NCBI GenBank assembly: GCA_964016885.1
Contig: OZ024742.1
Location: 318,618,001 to 318,682,000, forward strand
Reading direction: 5' to 3'
From: Eledone cirrhosa
Lineage: Eukaryota
Length of the DNA: 64,000 nucleotides
Shown here: piece by piece, positions 15,181 through 27,772 of the stretch
Numbering within the stretch: position 1 is the first letter of the stretch
Layout of the letters: every line of letters starts with the position of its first letter
The notes under the pieces: generated by a model
What the model was told of the DNA's origin: nothing
Databases searched by the model: none
The model's input: only the letters and a program-made list of their open reading frames with translations
Made by a program: the position numbers and the translations under genes

Positions 15181-18100
15181 TAATCCTAATGTAGTTTCTC
15201 TTATTTCCCAAAACAAATCTGTATTTTTTGTTATTGCCTGTTAAATATGAGGGTTTTTGTCGTATTAAACAAAACAAATCTTGTATTTTTGTTATCGCTT
15301 GTTAAATACGAGGACCTCATTCAATCCTTACCTTCTCGCTATCTACCCAACACCCCTCCCTCCCGCCCCCACGCACCACCATTATTATTACGTGGACCAA
15401 TCATAAGCCAGAGGCCTATACTATCGCTTGCCTGGTTGCTTTTCGATATATGATGGATGGATGGACTACGGAATTCTGGAGAGTGGAAGAGAGAAAAATC
15501 TGGACGCTCAGCGACAATGCCAAAGATAAAGACAAATTCACCTCGTGAACGAGAATGCGAGCACTCCTCTTTGTTTCGGCTGCGGATGGCTACCATAACC
15601 CCATCTCCCCCCGCTCCCCACTGCTCCCACCCTCCAAACGCAATCCAAAACTTCAGAGTTGGTACCATGAATGTAGGCACCTTAAAGGGTCTAACGAGGT
15701 TGTAGAAATGCTCGAACGTAAGGAGGTCGATGTTTGTTGTATTCAAGAGACCAGGTGGAGGGGTGGGTCTGCTAGATTCATTGAGGGTAAAAAACGATGC
15801 TATAAGCTTTTCTGGGTGGGAAATGACGATGGGCTGGGTGGAGTAGGAATCATGGTAGCAGAAAAGTGGGCAGATAAGATAATAGACGTAAATAGAGTGA
15901 ACGACAGAATAATTAAAATAAGACTTGTCCTCAATAGAACTACGGTGACAGTAATATCTGCGTACGCACCCCAATCCGGACTGCCCGGCACTATAAAAGA
16001 CAGATTCTATGAGACACTGATGCTCACTACCTCCCAAATAACCGACAGTGACTATATAATTATTGCAGGCGACCTAAATGGTCACGTTGGACAACATTGT
16101 GACGGCTACGGCGAAATCCATGGAGGCTATGGGTTTGGTACTAGAAATGAGGAAGGCTCCAGAATCCTGGAATTCTGTGACGCAAATAACCTAACTATCT
16201 GTAACACTAACTTCAAAAAACGTGACAATCACCTGATCACCTATAGATCCGGGGAACACACAAGCCAGGTAGATTATATCCTTACCAGAAGACGTGACAG
16301 AGTGTCTGTTGTAAACACTAAATCCCTCCCCATGAAGAATGCACCTTCCAACATAGACTGATAATTAGCGACCTAATAGTCAGGACGAGACGTACTAGAC
16401 AACTGAAGAGGACTATCCTCAGGAGAAAAATATGGAAGCTAAAGGACCCCACAGCCAGAAATAAATTTAAAAGCATACTACTTGATGCTTTCGACAGTAA
16501 GGAAGAGCAATTAGAGTTGTAGAATATAGAGGAGCAGTGGGAATTCCTGAAAGCAAACCTGCTGATGGCGGCAGACGAAGTCTGTGGCTGGAGCAGGCCT
16601 GTAGGCAGGAGGAGAGTAACATGGTGGTGGAACAGTAAGGTGGAGGGGTCAATTCAGGCCAAAAAGCAGGCTTGGAAAGTATGGCGGGATGTGGGAAGCA
16701 GAGAAGACTATCAAGTGGCCAGGAGGGAAGCTAGGAGACAAGTGTACTTCGCAAGAAGGGAAGCAGAGGAAAGAAAGTTCAAGCATGTTCTACAACGCGA
16801 GGACCAAAAACGTGAGGTGTTCAGGATTGCTAGGCAATGTGTCAAGGAAAACCGTGATATTGTCGGGGAGAAGTGTGTACTTAATGATGACGGCGTACTT
16901 GCCATCACCGACGCTGATAAGAAGGTAGCTTGGAAGTGTCACTATGAAAGGCTACTAAATGAGGAGAATAAATGGGAGAAAGACAGTCTCCCCCACATCG
17001 ACCCAATAGAGGGACCAGCAGTGTTAGTTGAGGGTAGTATAATAAGTAAGGCAATCAAGGATATGAAGACGGGTAAGGCAGCTGGGCCTTCCGAAATAGT
17101 TGCTGAGATGCTGAAGGCATCTGGCATGGTGGGACACACCATGGTCACCCGGATAGTTAACCAAGTTGTACATAATGGGGTTGTTCCGAAGGACTGGCGT
17201 AGCAGCATCATCGTTAACTGTTATAAGGGTAAAGGAGATGCCCTAGATAGGAGTAACTATAGAGGCATTAAATTAATCGACCAGGTCATGAAGGTCACGG
17301 AAAAAGTAATAGCGCAACTAATCAGAGAGAGAATTGACCTAGATGAAATGCAGTTCGGGTTTGTGTCAGGCAAAAGTACCACAGATGCTCTTTTCATTGT
17401 ACGACAACTACAGGAGAAGTACCTAGCTAAAAGTAAACCCCTTTACTTAGCTTTTGTCGACTTGGAGAAAGCCTTCGACAGAGTCCCCCGTTCCATTATC
17501 TGGTGGGCTCTTAGAAAACTAGGTGTCGACGAATGGCTTGTGAGAGCTATACAAGCCATGTATAAAGAAACAGTCAGCAAGGTTAGAATTAACAACGAAT
17601 ATAGTGAAGAGTTTAGCGTAAAAGTTGGCGTCCATCAGGGCTCTGTTCTCAGCCCCCTACTATTTATTATTGCCCTTCAGGCTATAACAGAGGAGTTCAA
17701 GACCGGCTGCCTATGGGAAGTCCTATACGCAGACGACCTAACACTCATAGCTGAATCAATGGCCGAGCTAGAGAAGAAATTCCAAACATGGAAGCACGGC
17801 CTAGAATCAAAAGGCCTTAAAATTAACCTGGCTAAGACCAAAGTTCTAGTTTGTAGGAAAGAAAATAAGGCGGCGGTCCCTTCCGGGAAGTGGCCAGGCT
17901 CACTGTGTAGGAAAGGCGTAGGTAGAAACTCCATTTTGTGTCAGAAATGCAAAGTATGGGTGCATAAAAGATGTAGTGGGATCACAGGTAAGCTAACTAA
18001 GAACATAGATTTCACATGTGGCCGGTGCTCTGGTGCAATAAGTAGCAGCAAGTGCGCACAAAATACTAGCTCTTTCAATTGCGCAGAGGGTTCTATGGAA

Positions 18101-19048
18101 ATAGTGGACATCTTTCGTAACCTGGGTGACAAAATCAGCAGTGGGGGAGGGTGCTCCGAAAGTACAGTAGCTAGAGTCAGAACTGGATGGAAAAAGTTCA
18201 GAGAGCTTATACCACTATTAGCCGCTAAAGGGTTCTCCCTAAAAATGAAAGGCAGGTTGTATGATGCCTGCATACGAACAGCAATGTTGCATGGCAGTGA
18301 GACCTGGGCATTGTGTGCAGAGGATATACGCAGACTAGAGAGGAACGAAGCTTGCATGCTCCGCTGGATGTGTAATAGTAATATACGTGAACGGCAAAGC
18401 ATAAACGAACTAAGGAAAAAATTAGAAATAAGAGGGATCAGATGTTCTTTACTCGAGAGAAGGCTACGTTGGTATGGACACGTGATGCGCATGAAAGTCG
18501 ATAGCTGTATAACAAAGTGCAGGGCAATAAAGATAGACGGTAGCCACGGAATAGGCAGACCTAGAAAAACCTGGGACGAGCTGATAAACTCCGACCTCAC
18601 ACACTTACACCTCTCCAAGACAATGTCACTGGACCGAGACCTTTGGCGGTACTCAGTAATAGAGAAGACCCACCTTACCTAAATACATAGTAAAACCTAC
18701 TAGAGTCAGTAGGCATTTCTAACAAAATACACCCCCGTCCCACCACCCCCACCCCATTCACACCGCCCCCTTCTATGTAAAGTTATGTTGGTGCCACACC
18801 ATCCAGGCCGAAACAAATGAGATCGTGTAGGTGTCACCACAAAAAAACACACAGTCCACGCTGTAATGTGGCCGTGTAGGCAACACGGTAAAAACCTCCC
18901 AGACCCACACTGAAAATGTGGTTGGTGTTAGGAAGGGCATCCAACTGTAGAAATCCCGCCAGACAATCACTCTTGCCTCAAGTGGGAAAACCCCCGGCCA
19001 AACCCATGCAAGCGTGGAACACGGACGTTAAACGTTGATGATGATGAT
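15181..19048 (+). mobile_element. Near full-length RTE-clade LINE (5' UTR, APE endonuclease, RT with PHD-like insert, 3' UTR, (GAT)n tail)
   Basis: APE motifs FRVGTMNVGTL, CIQETRW, ISAYAPQ, GDLNGHVG and QVDYIL; RT motifs [28 protein letters not shown] and YADD. Ends ...ggacgttaaacgttgatgatgatgat. Confidence 0.95.
15457..18682 (+). pseudogene. RTE ORF2 broken by ~3 frameshifts (near 15690, 16330 and 16500)
   Basis: Domains are split across track ORFs 15457..15705, 15555..16361 and 16565..18682. The breaks could be real decay or consensus indel errors. Confidence 0.85.
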
Positions 19049-19312
<264 letters not shown>

Positions 19313-19424
19313 ATCATCATCATCAACGTATATATATATTTGTCGTGACACCTACACGATCTCATTTGTTTCGGCCTGATATATACACATATATATACAC
19401 ATATATACACACACACACATATAT

Positions 19425-19672
19425 ATCATCATCATCATCAACGTTTAACGTCTGTGTTCCACGCTTGCATGGGTTTGGCCGGGGGTTTTCCCACTTGAGG
19501 CAAGAGTGATTGTCTGGCAGGTTTTCTACAGTTGGATGCCCTTCCTAAAACCAACCACATTTACAGTGTGGGTCTGGGAGGTTTTTACCGTGTTGCCTAC
19601 ACGGCCACATTACAGCGTGGACTGTGTGTTTTTTTGTCGTGACACCTACACGATCTCATTTGTTTCGGCCTG
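19425..19672 (-). mobile_element. RTE 3' UTR fragment, tail-to-tail with 15181-19048; further scraps at 19313-19329 and 19339-19378
   Basis: Reverse complement of ~18805-19048, with an (ATC)n tail. Confidence 0.9.
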
Positions 19673-19706
19673 ATATATACACACATATATACACATATAT
19701 ACACAA

Positions 19707-19761
<55 letters not shown>

Positions 19762-19825
19762 TAAGCAGAACAAGCAAAATTCAATTTTTTAAAAATAAAT
19801 AAAAAAATATAATTTGAATATTTAC

Positions 19826-20075
19826 CTATTCAAGTTGCTTTTACCGATCGGTTTCACCTCACAAAAGATTGGAGATCCGTGGGACCTCCAATGGAAAAGT
19901 GTAGTTCATCAGAAAGCATTTTCCTTTCCTAGGACTGAAAGTCCCAGGAACGGCAAAATATATTGCCATCTGCCAGCTAGCACAGGATCGAATGGGGCCG
20001 AAAATTTGACCTGTACATGAACCAGCCCGTAGTAGAAGCGGAAGTAAACATAGACGTGTTGTCTACTTCACCACT
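19826..20075 (-). promoter_or_regulatory. Candidate promoter / non-coding first exon of a minus-strand transcript
   Basis: A unique, relatively GC/CpG-rich patch with ETS-like gCGGAAGTa at ~20038-20046 and a minus-strand donor-like gaatag|GTAAAT at ~19825. All three minus frames contain stops. Confidence 0.3.
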
Positions 20076-20170
20076 AAAAATAGCAGCTAAATAGAACAAC
20101 AGATTTGTTCTCTACATAACGGAGAATATTAAAAGAAGTTAATATGCCCATAGGTACTAAGTACCCCTGG

Positions 20171-20243
<73 letters not shown>

Positions 20244-20260
20244 TATATACACATATATAT

Positions 20261-20491
20261 ATAAAGAAAAAAAGATGAAATCGAAAATGCAACTAGTCTT
20301 ATTTAAAAAAAAATATATATATTTATTTGGTTCCTTTACCGGTTTCGCAGTTCTTCTGCTTTTCAAAAGTAGAGTTGAGATGGAGGGTCTGTGGTTTTTC
20401 TGCGAAACCGATAAAGGAACCAAATAAATATATATATTTAAAAAAAAATAAGACTCCAGTTGCATTTTCGATTTCATCTTTTTTTCTTTAT
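20261..20491. repeat. Fold-back inverted repeat (~90-bp arms, ~49-bp spacer), MITE-like
   Basis: ataaagaaaaaaagatgaaatcgaaaatgcaact...ggtttcgcag pairs with ctgcgaaacc...agttgcattttcgatttcatctttttttctttat. Confidence 0.85.
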
Positions 20492-20731
20492 GCTTTCACT
20501 CGTGTAGGACACCTCGGTTATTTTTCAATTTGTAAAAAAAACCTCACTTTCTAATATATATATATACATATATATATAAATTTTGAGTATATGTTGGTTG
20601 TTTACCGACACCTCAGTATGCAGATTGGAGCACTTGACGAAGTACGCAGGTTGGTTTGGTTACTCCGGAGTAATGTAAAATAAAGTAATTAAGTCAAATA
20701 TTTAAGATTTGGCTTAATTTATTAAAGATGT

Positions 20732-20786
20732 ACTGCTATATATATTTCGGTGACAGCCATCATTGGCTGTGACCTCTTCAGGCAGT
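20732..20786 (-). ncRNA. Minimal type I hammerhead ribozyme, intact
   Basis: The minus strand reads ACUGC-CUGAAGA-GGUCACAGCCA auga UGGCUGUCACC-GAAA-U-AUAU-A-UA^GCAGU. Confidence 0.85.
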
Positions 20787-21016
20787 TTGAATTGGTGTGG
20801 TAGAGACAGGTGCACATGTTGTTAAAGTGTTTTACTCCGTCAATATTCCGATATATCCAGCTCCTGGTTGGGTTGTTATTTCTCTGAGGAACTGGAATCA
20901 TATGATTCCAGTTCCTCAGAGAAATAACAACCCAACCAGGAGCTGGTCATACCGGAGTATTGACGGAGTAAAACACTTTAACAACATGTGTACCTGTCTC
21001 TACCACACCAATTCAA

Positions 21017-21071
21017 ACTGCCTGAAGAGGTCACAGCCAATGATGGCTGTCACCAAAATATATATAGCAGT
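21017..21071 (+). ncRNA. Hammerhead copy with a core mutation (GAAA to AAAA at 21055), predicted inactive
   Basis: Identical to the minus-strand copy except for G12 to A. Confidence 0.75.
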
Positions 21072-21145
21072 ACATCTTTAATAAACGAAGCCAAATCTTA
21101 AATATTTGACTTAATTACTTTAGTTTATATATATATATATATATA

Positions 21146-21469
21146 CAGTTGTCCCCTGGTATTCACGTGGGTTACATTTCTAGAGCACCTATGAAGAGTG
21201 AAAAACCGCGAATATTGGAGTGGTCCATACAAATGCCTCTAAACGTCAAAACATAACGTAAAATATAGGCCGGCAAATACGGTATATTGTTATTTATAAT
21301 TTAGCGTTAAAAAGCATGAAAAAATTTATATTGCCACAAAAAAGCCATAAAAAATTGTGGAAAATATTTATGATTCCATGAATATGTAGTGGTTTCCACG
21401 AACAATTATTAGTTAGGTTCTAAAGAGAATTCTGTGAATAACCGGGACCACGAGTACCGGGGTACACTG
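21146..21469. mobile_element. Tc1/pogo(Tigger)-like MITE
   Basis: TA-flanked imperfect TIRs cagttgtcccctggtattc / gagtaccggggtacactg; no ORF. Confidence 0.65.
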
Positions 21470-21477
21470 TATATATT

Positions 21478-21509
<32 letters not shown>

Positions 21510-22371
21510 TATTACAGATGGATGAGAATACTCAACTCCCAATACATTGGAATATAGTCTTCTTTCAGCACCAACCTACATATCTCTGTTATCCCCTTCA
21601 AACCTCAAATTCCTGATGTCTTTCCATTTTTCATCTTTCTCAAAGCTTCCTCAGCTTCTCAGTTATCTCTTCTACTAGTCTGAGAACTAGATTGCTCTCT
21701 ATGTTGCCATCCCAATTGCTCTCCATATTCAACAATCTCTCCATATATCCATTCCACTTTTATTTAATTCCACCCATGTCTACAATCATTTCTCCTATCT
21801 CATCCTTGAAGCAGTCTCCCCTCCCCCACCATCTCACCACATCACTGACTGCTTTGCAATCCTAAACACTTTACTCTGAATCAATTCTTTCTCTAAACTC
21901 TAAATAGTCTTCTATGCTTCTTATATATATATATATCACACACACACACACACACACACATATGTGTGTGCACGATATATTACACACATATACACATGAA
22001 TGGCTCTAGTTGGAATCTTGCCATGACAGGAATAGATTGATATTGGTGAATGATGGATGGGTAGGCTATACATATCCCTCCCTCTTTGAGTGTGTGCTGT
22101 GAAAGATCTATTTACCCTCACACAGCTATATTAAACAGGACTTGCTATATTTTTTTTTTTTATTGATTAGTCTGGAAGCTATTTACAGTTACAAGAACAC
22201 TTTTGAATTTACTTGTTGCTATTTTACCACAGAATTTTCATTTAGTTCTTAAGTTACCCAACCCTATGTAGAGAGAGTACTGTGTTTATATAAGTATAAC
22301 AGGAGAGGTGATAGAGAATATAATGAATCATGGCACCATTCACATTGTGATTGTGAATCTCTACTAAAAGT

Positions 22372-22560
22372 AAGCATGGCCAGATAGTTAAGAAGTTTAC
22401 TTTGCAATCATAAGACTCTGGGTTCGATCCCCCTGTATGGAATCTTGAGCATGTGTTATTTACCATAGTATTTGGTTGGATGAAGCCTTGTCAGTGAAAT
22501 TGGGTAAATGGAAATTGTTGAAAGACAGTCAGATAGACTATAATCATAATTGAAAGGCCA
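22372..22560 (+). mobile_element. Degenerate tRNA-derived SINE (related copies ~23620-23770 and ~40160-40340)
   Basis: A-box-like tggccagatagttaag and B-box gggttcgatcccc; shared body gccttgt...gtgaaattgggtaaa. Confidence 0.65.
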
Positions 22561-23420
22561 GCCTTATTACATATTTAGGTTAATTCTCTTCATACCAAAC
22601 TACCTAACTGCTCCTGATTTCATGTTACAAAAATTTCTTTCAAATTATATTAATCTTAAAAATCTTTTATCATAATTTTATGTTAGAAAATTTGTTGGCT
22701 ATGTACCAGACACCAACTTGATGATAAGCTTAGTTATATTACTAAATCTCTCCAAACTCTTGATTAATTAAAAATCACAGGCAGTGTTTTTCATTAGAAA
22801 TATGGTAATGAAAGAGTTAAGGCTACACATATCTGTGGAAGGCTCTGCCATGCACTTTAATTTCATAAGCAGATTGCTATGTGAATTGAACAACTGGAAC
22901 ACACAAACTTCCAGTATATATGCAGGTGTATATACACTCTCCTGTACATCTCACTCTTTATGAGGGCAAATAAAGTTTACCAGTTTTCTAAATTTAATAA
23001 TGATCTCTGCTTTAGGCACAAGACCAACAATTGTAGGGATGGGATGTCGAGTACATCGATACCAGTATGTAACGGTACTTTATTTTATTGGCCTTGGACA
23101 GTTGAAAGGCGAAGTTGAACTCGGAGCCAGAACAAATAGCACAATGGCATTTTATCTGACGCTCTACCAATTCTGCCAATTTTATAATCTTCCAAACTTA
23201 ATAAAATAGAAAATTTTATGCATCATACACAATGATAATATTTTACTTTCAAACTTAAAAAGGCTAAGTTGCAGTTGTGGGTAAGTGAAGATGTCTGTTT
23301 CTGACGTGTGATTCTTCTATGGCCAGCAGAAATTTGACAACTGGATGGCATATACTTTGGGTCTAGTTTACTGCCACTACCAACACACACACACACTGCA
23401 TATTTGACTGAAGAGGTATG

Positions 23421-23515
23421 CAGGGTGTCCTAAAAAATGTTTACACATTTTGATTACCTATACAGGTAATATTAGAATGCTGTTGAAGTGTGTATACATT
23501 TTTAGGGACACCCTG
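23421..23515. mobile_element. 95-bp Tc1/mariner-type MITE
   Basis: TIRs cagggtgtcctaaaaaatgtttacac / gtgtatacatttttagggacaccctg, followed by TA. Confidence 0.8.
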
Positions 23516-25852
23516 TATATGAAATAAAGCATTGCTAGTGGCCTCTTTAACAGTTAGTGTAATCATCTGTAGTTTTGGTGTCATGTAATGATAATGATGC
23601 AGTACAACAGATTTGCAAAGGCATAGATGAATGGTTAAGACATTTGCTTTACAATCACAAGGTCTTGGGTTCAGCCTCCCTGTGTGGAATCTTGGACAAT
23701 CACGGTTACCATAGAATTGGGTTGATCCAAGCCATGCGAGTGAAATTGGGTAAACAGAAACTGTAGCCCATCTTAGGTTGTACCTGTAATGTCCTTGAAA
23801 TACTTAGCTACTTAGACATTAATTCATCAGTTAGACTAAGTTGGCCATGAACAACTGAATGTTAATGGTGGACACCCCTCCTCTCTCATGAATAATCCAT
23901 CATCATAATAGAATTGTGCTATGGGCAGCTTTATTATATTTAATTGTATATCAACAGCTATCTATTGTGGTAGAGAGAAAAAATGTGAGCTAGGAAGAAA
24001 CTAATGATGACAGATCTGTGTTAGTGTGTATGTGTGTGTGTGTATGAAAGAAATTGACCCAGGCTTGTGCTATGTTACCAACAGCAACCCAGGGCAGTTA
24101 TATTTTAGCTGCTGACTAACCTATATTGCTGGCTGTAGTTATTGTTTTCAAGCTGAGAAAATCTGGCTGGTAGTAGTAATGGTAGTGGGGTTGGTCATAA
24201 TCCATGCATTATTGTTTCCTGGTCTCATAAACTGATGTAGGTATTTACTAGGCTGGTAGTCTGTTATTTGTCTAGGCTTTTTTTTTTATATTTCAGGAAT
24301 GTTTGTGTATGTGTGTGATGAGAGAGAGAAATATGTATTCTGTTCATAGATGGCCATTTTTAGCTACAGGTGTAACTCTTTTTTTTTCTGATCTGTGCAC
24401 AGCTATAATTTATTAAGCTGTGTTTGTGGTGTGACATAGGCAAAGATGTTTTTCTGTATGGACATGTTTATACATGCTGAACATTATAATCAACTGATTA
24501 TTTTAAAGATATTTAGATTAGTTGGTTTGGGAGAAGGGGAGGTTGTAATCTTATATCTTTTCCTGTTGGTCATTATTTTCTGGGTTTATACTTCAGACAT
24601 AGTGTTTACTGTTTTGTTTGTAAATGTTTATGTCTATTGAAGCTGGTGCCTGCCAGCTATGTTTCAGTAACTTGAGAAAGAATGTATGTAAAATCCACCA
24701 TAAGATAAATGGGTGTCAAAGGAAAGGACCTTGTCTATGTATGATCCTGCTATCAACTGACAAGCTGAATTGTAATGGGCTATGCCATGACAAAATAGGT
24801 TGTGTGGCCACCATAGATTTCCTCTTGAATTAAGATAGGATTGAGGCAGCTATTATTAAAACACTCTAACCTGAGAGATGCAATGAACCTCAAACCTATG
24901 TAGGTGTGTGCTGTAACAACAGTGTCTTCTTTTAGAAGGGCAAATTGAAATCAGCACTGCAAGTTAATTTCCAATGGTTAGGGCATGAAACTATTGTTGA
25001 CCTAATGATACAAAGCTGTTTGTTTTCAAAACATAAAACGTTTTAAATTTATCTAAAAAAAATTCTGTCATAATTATATATAGGAACCTTTAAGCTCTGT
25101 TCCAAACAGCAGCTTAATAAGAACATCTCCAATTTTACTAAATCTCCATTTAAAAAAAAATTATTTTCAAAATTAATTGAAAATCATAGGCAGTGATTCT
25201 CATTAGAAGGCACGTGGATGAGTGGTAATACCATTGAGTTCATGATCATAATGTTGTGGGTTCAATTCCTGAACCAGGTGGCATGTGTTTGTGAGCAAGA
25301 AATTTCATTTCATATTGCTTTTCATGATAGGACTTGGGCCTCTCATTAAAACATCTAAGAAACATATGAGGTGCATGCAACCTTGTATGATACTCGCTAA
25401 ACCTGTATAGATGTAAACTGTAAATTTCATTTCATTTTTTTAATTTCAAATCCATTTGTGAGCAGTAGTTATTGATCTTCTAGATATTGATGTAATTGTT
25501 AAGTGTACCACACTACTTTTTCAATTTTATAAAAATTGATCAATTACACACAAACCTGAGAAAGACGGTGCGTTGGATCAGGGATTTTGAGACTAGAAAT
25601 AGGTAGTGACATAACCTCTACCTGCTAGTCAATATATCGTTCTACTGTGATCAATCAATCCCCTGAAACTATTGTGAAACAATGAACTAATTAAGAACCT
25701 ATCTTCGACTTATGTTTTATTTTCATTATTCAATACACACACCCGCACAATTATATGCAAATTAGTACGTCCATTTCAGAATATTGTTAAGAGCGAATGG
25801 GTATATATACCCATCAAATGCATGTTACCTTGTGGTTGATTGGATTATACAC

Positions 25853-25901
25853 ACACCTTTTGATGAGGGTCCAATTAAATCCGAAAATTGATTAAAGGTG
25901 T
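25853..25901 (+). ncRNA. Decayed minimal hammerhead (C3 to U)
   Basis: acacctt-TTGATGA-gggtccaattaaatcc-GAAA-a-ttga-t-TA-aaggtgt, with a perfect 7-bp stem I. Confidence 0.6.
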
Positions 25902-27269
25902 TTATCATTTTTTCAATTTACAGGAAAATCTTTGTTTACATGCCTACAAATTAGATAGATGTATATATCTAGGTTTATGCAGTTTCAGTTATACACTCTG
26001 TATTTTTATACAGATATAACTTTATCATACACTTTGGCTGCTTCATTTGATATATATATATATATAATAATGAAATATTGTGTACAGTGCTCAGGTGCAC
26101 TACAACTCATCAAAAAGTGTATGTATAGTACATAGGGTAATGCACAAACGTCAGGAAAATGAACAGTGCATGAGTCATGATATACACATGCGTGCATGTG
26201 TATGGAAGGGGTACATCAGGTGTAGTTTTGGCGAATTTTGGGAAGCATGAGGGTTTTAAAGGAATTTTGGGAAGCAATATATATATGATTAAAAGAAATG
26301 ACAAACACAGATATAAAAACAATTAGTCTTATTAGTTTCATGCTTTAGAAGAAGGAGAGAAAAAAGTTTGATGTATCAGATGTTAATCCTTCATCAGGAG
26401 TACATGAGGTTCAGAGATTTAAATATATTCATATATATGTATGATCATGTGATGTTGTTATCATGAAATGTACATAATGACTTAAATGCACCTACACCCT
26501 TGGTTCATTGTTCAATATATATATATATATAATTTTGTTGTAAATTTCTGTTGAATCCTTTCTCCCATTTCCTCACATCTGCTGCATGACTTATTTAAGA
26601 AATCAATTTATTTCCATAAACTTTAAGTTTAGATTCCTCATGACTGAATTATTATCTCATATATTTTAAAATTTCTTTTTTCTTTGTTAATTTTTCTAAG
26701 AGCTTTTAGGTCTACAATTTATCTTTGTGTTTATCTGTGATAAACAAACTTTAGGCCAGCTATATTTTTAACCTAAATGCTTTTCTGAAAAATATATATA
26801 TAATTTTCAACATGCTTGGTTACAACCTTTTCTTTCAGAAACATTATGTATTTTTCTAGCTATTCCCAAAACACAGCTAGCTATAAATAAGCGTTCCAGA
26901 TTATAATTGAATGTAGAAATTAGGGCAAATTATAAATATAATTATTGAATACTTTTGCAAAAACTAGTCTTAATAGCTTCTTTATTTCATTTTCAAAACA
27001 GTGTAAAGTCCTTTTTCTTGATTGGTTTCACAGATTGACCAGATTTTTATAAAATGTTGTTAAATATAAATATTTTATTATATTTGGTAATATTAATTTG
27101 ATTTTCATGAAATAAATTCTTTTATGTGCCAGAACAAGTTTTCAATTTGAAGGTTGTGGTAAACTGTGTTTGCCACAAGATGTTCCATATATTTTTAATA
27201 CTCACATTTTTAAAGGAATTCTCTGCTATCACCATTATTGTTTAATAAGGAGTAGTTATCATCATTGAA

Positions 27270-27503
27270 ACCCTGTGGTTTCACTCCCAGACCAAGTTGC
27301 ACGTTTTGATGTTGAGTAAGCTACTTTATTTTATATTGCTCCAGACCACTCAGCTGAAAATGAGCACTGGTTGTAACTTGGGGTTAATCTTGTGACAGAC
27401 TAGCATTCCATCCAAAGGGGAATCTTGTAATCTCAGTTGCTTAATTCCATATGGAATCAGAATTAGCTCTGGCCTGATGAGCCTCTAGGCTCAAAAAAGA
27501 CTT
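27270..27503 (+). mobile_element. Old tRNA-derived SINE with a conserved central domain (related copy ~37815-38042)
   Basis: Shared blocks tgacagactagcat(t)ccat... and ...gg(c/g)ctgatgagcctcta...aaagactt. Confidence 0.55.
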
Positions 27504-27681
27504 TTTAAGTTATCGTCAACATAAGCCAAGTATGATTGCCAGCTTTGAAATGGAAACTGGTTGAAAATAATTTTGGTAGATATGTTTTCTTAAGTAACTT
27601 GTCTTGTCTTAATTAACCCATACTGATAGGTTTAGTTTAACATACTAAGATACATCTTGTTTCTTCATTCAGCAATACCAA

Positions 27682-27772
27682 CTACTACTACTACCACCAC
27701 CACCACTACTACTTCTACTACTACCACCACCACTACCACAGCAACATTACTAATACCAGCAATAACAACAAT
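27682..27772. repeat. (CTA/CCA/ACA)n trinucleotide low-complexity tract
   Basis: Direct reading. Confidence 0.85.

Larger units (their letters stand above)
20681..21122. repeat. 442-bp spacer-less palindrome centred on CATATG (20901/20902), probably a second PLE family's terminal repeat
   Basis: The arms are complementary with only a few mismatches, and each holds a hammerhead motif. Confidence 0.92.

Noticed and set aside
20587-20670. VYVGCL-like translation as the missing RNP2 exon of the SR gene
   Set aside because: There is an in-frame TGA after 16 codons and no convincing splice sites; the 5' exon remains unlocated.
22372-22445. tRNA gene
   Set aside because: Only A/B-box-like motifs with no full cloverleaf; it continues into a repeated SINE body.
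26365-26410. Minus-strand CTGATGAagg motif
   Set aside because: The GAAA core is absent; at most an unrecognisable remnant.
27474-27500. CTGATGAgcctctaggctc hammerhead-like motif (also ~38014)
   Set aside because: No proper GAAA/stem III/stem I arrangement; it is part of a SINE 3' region.
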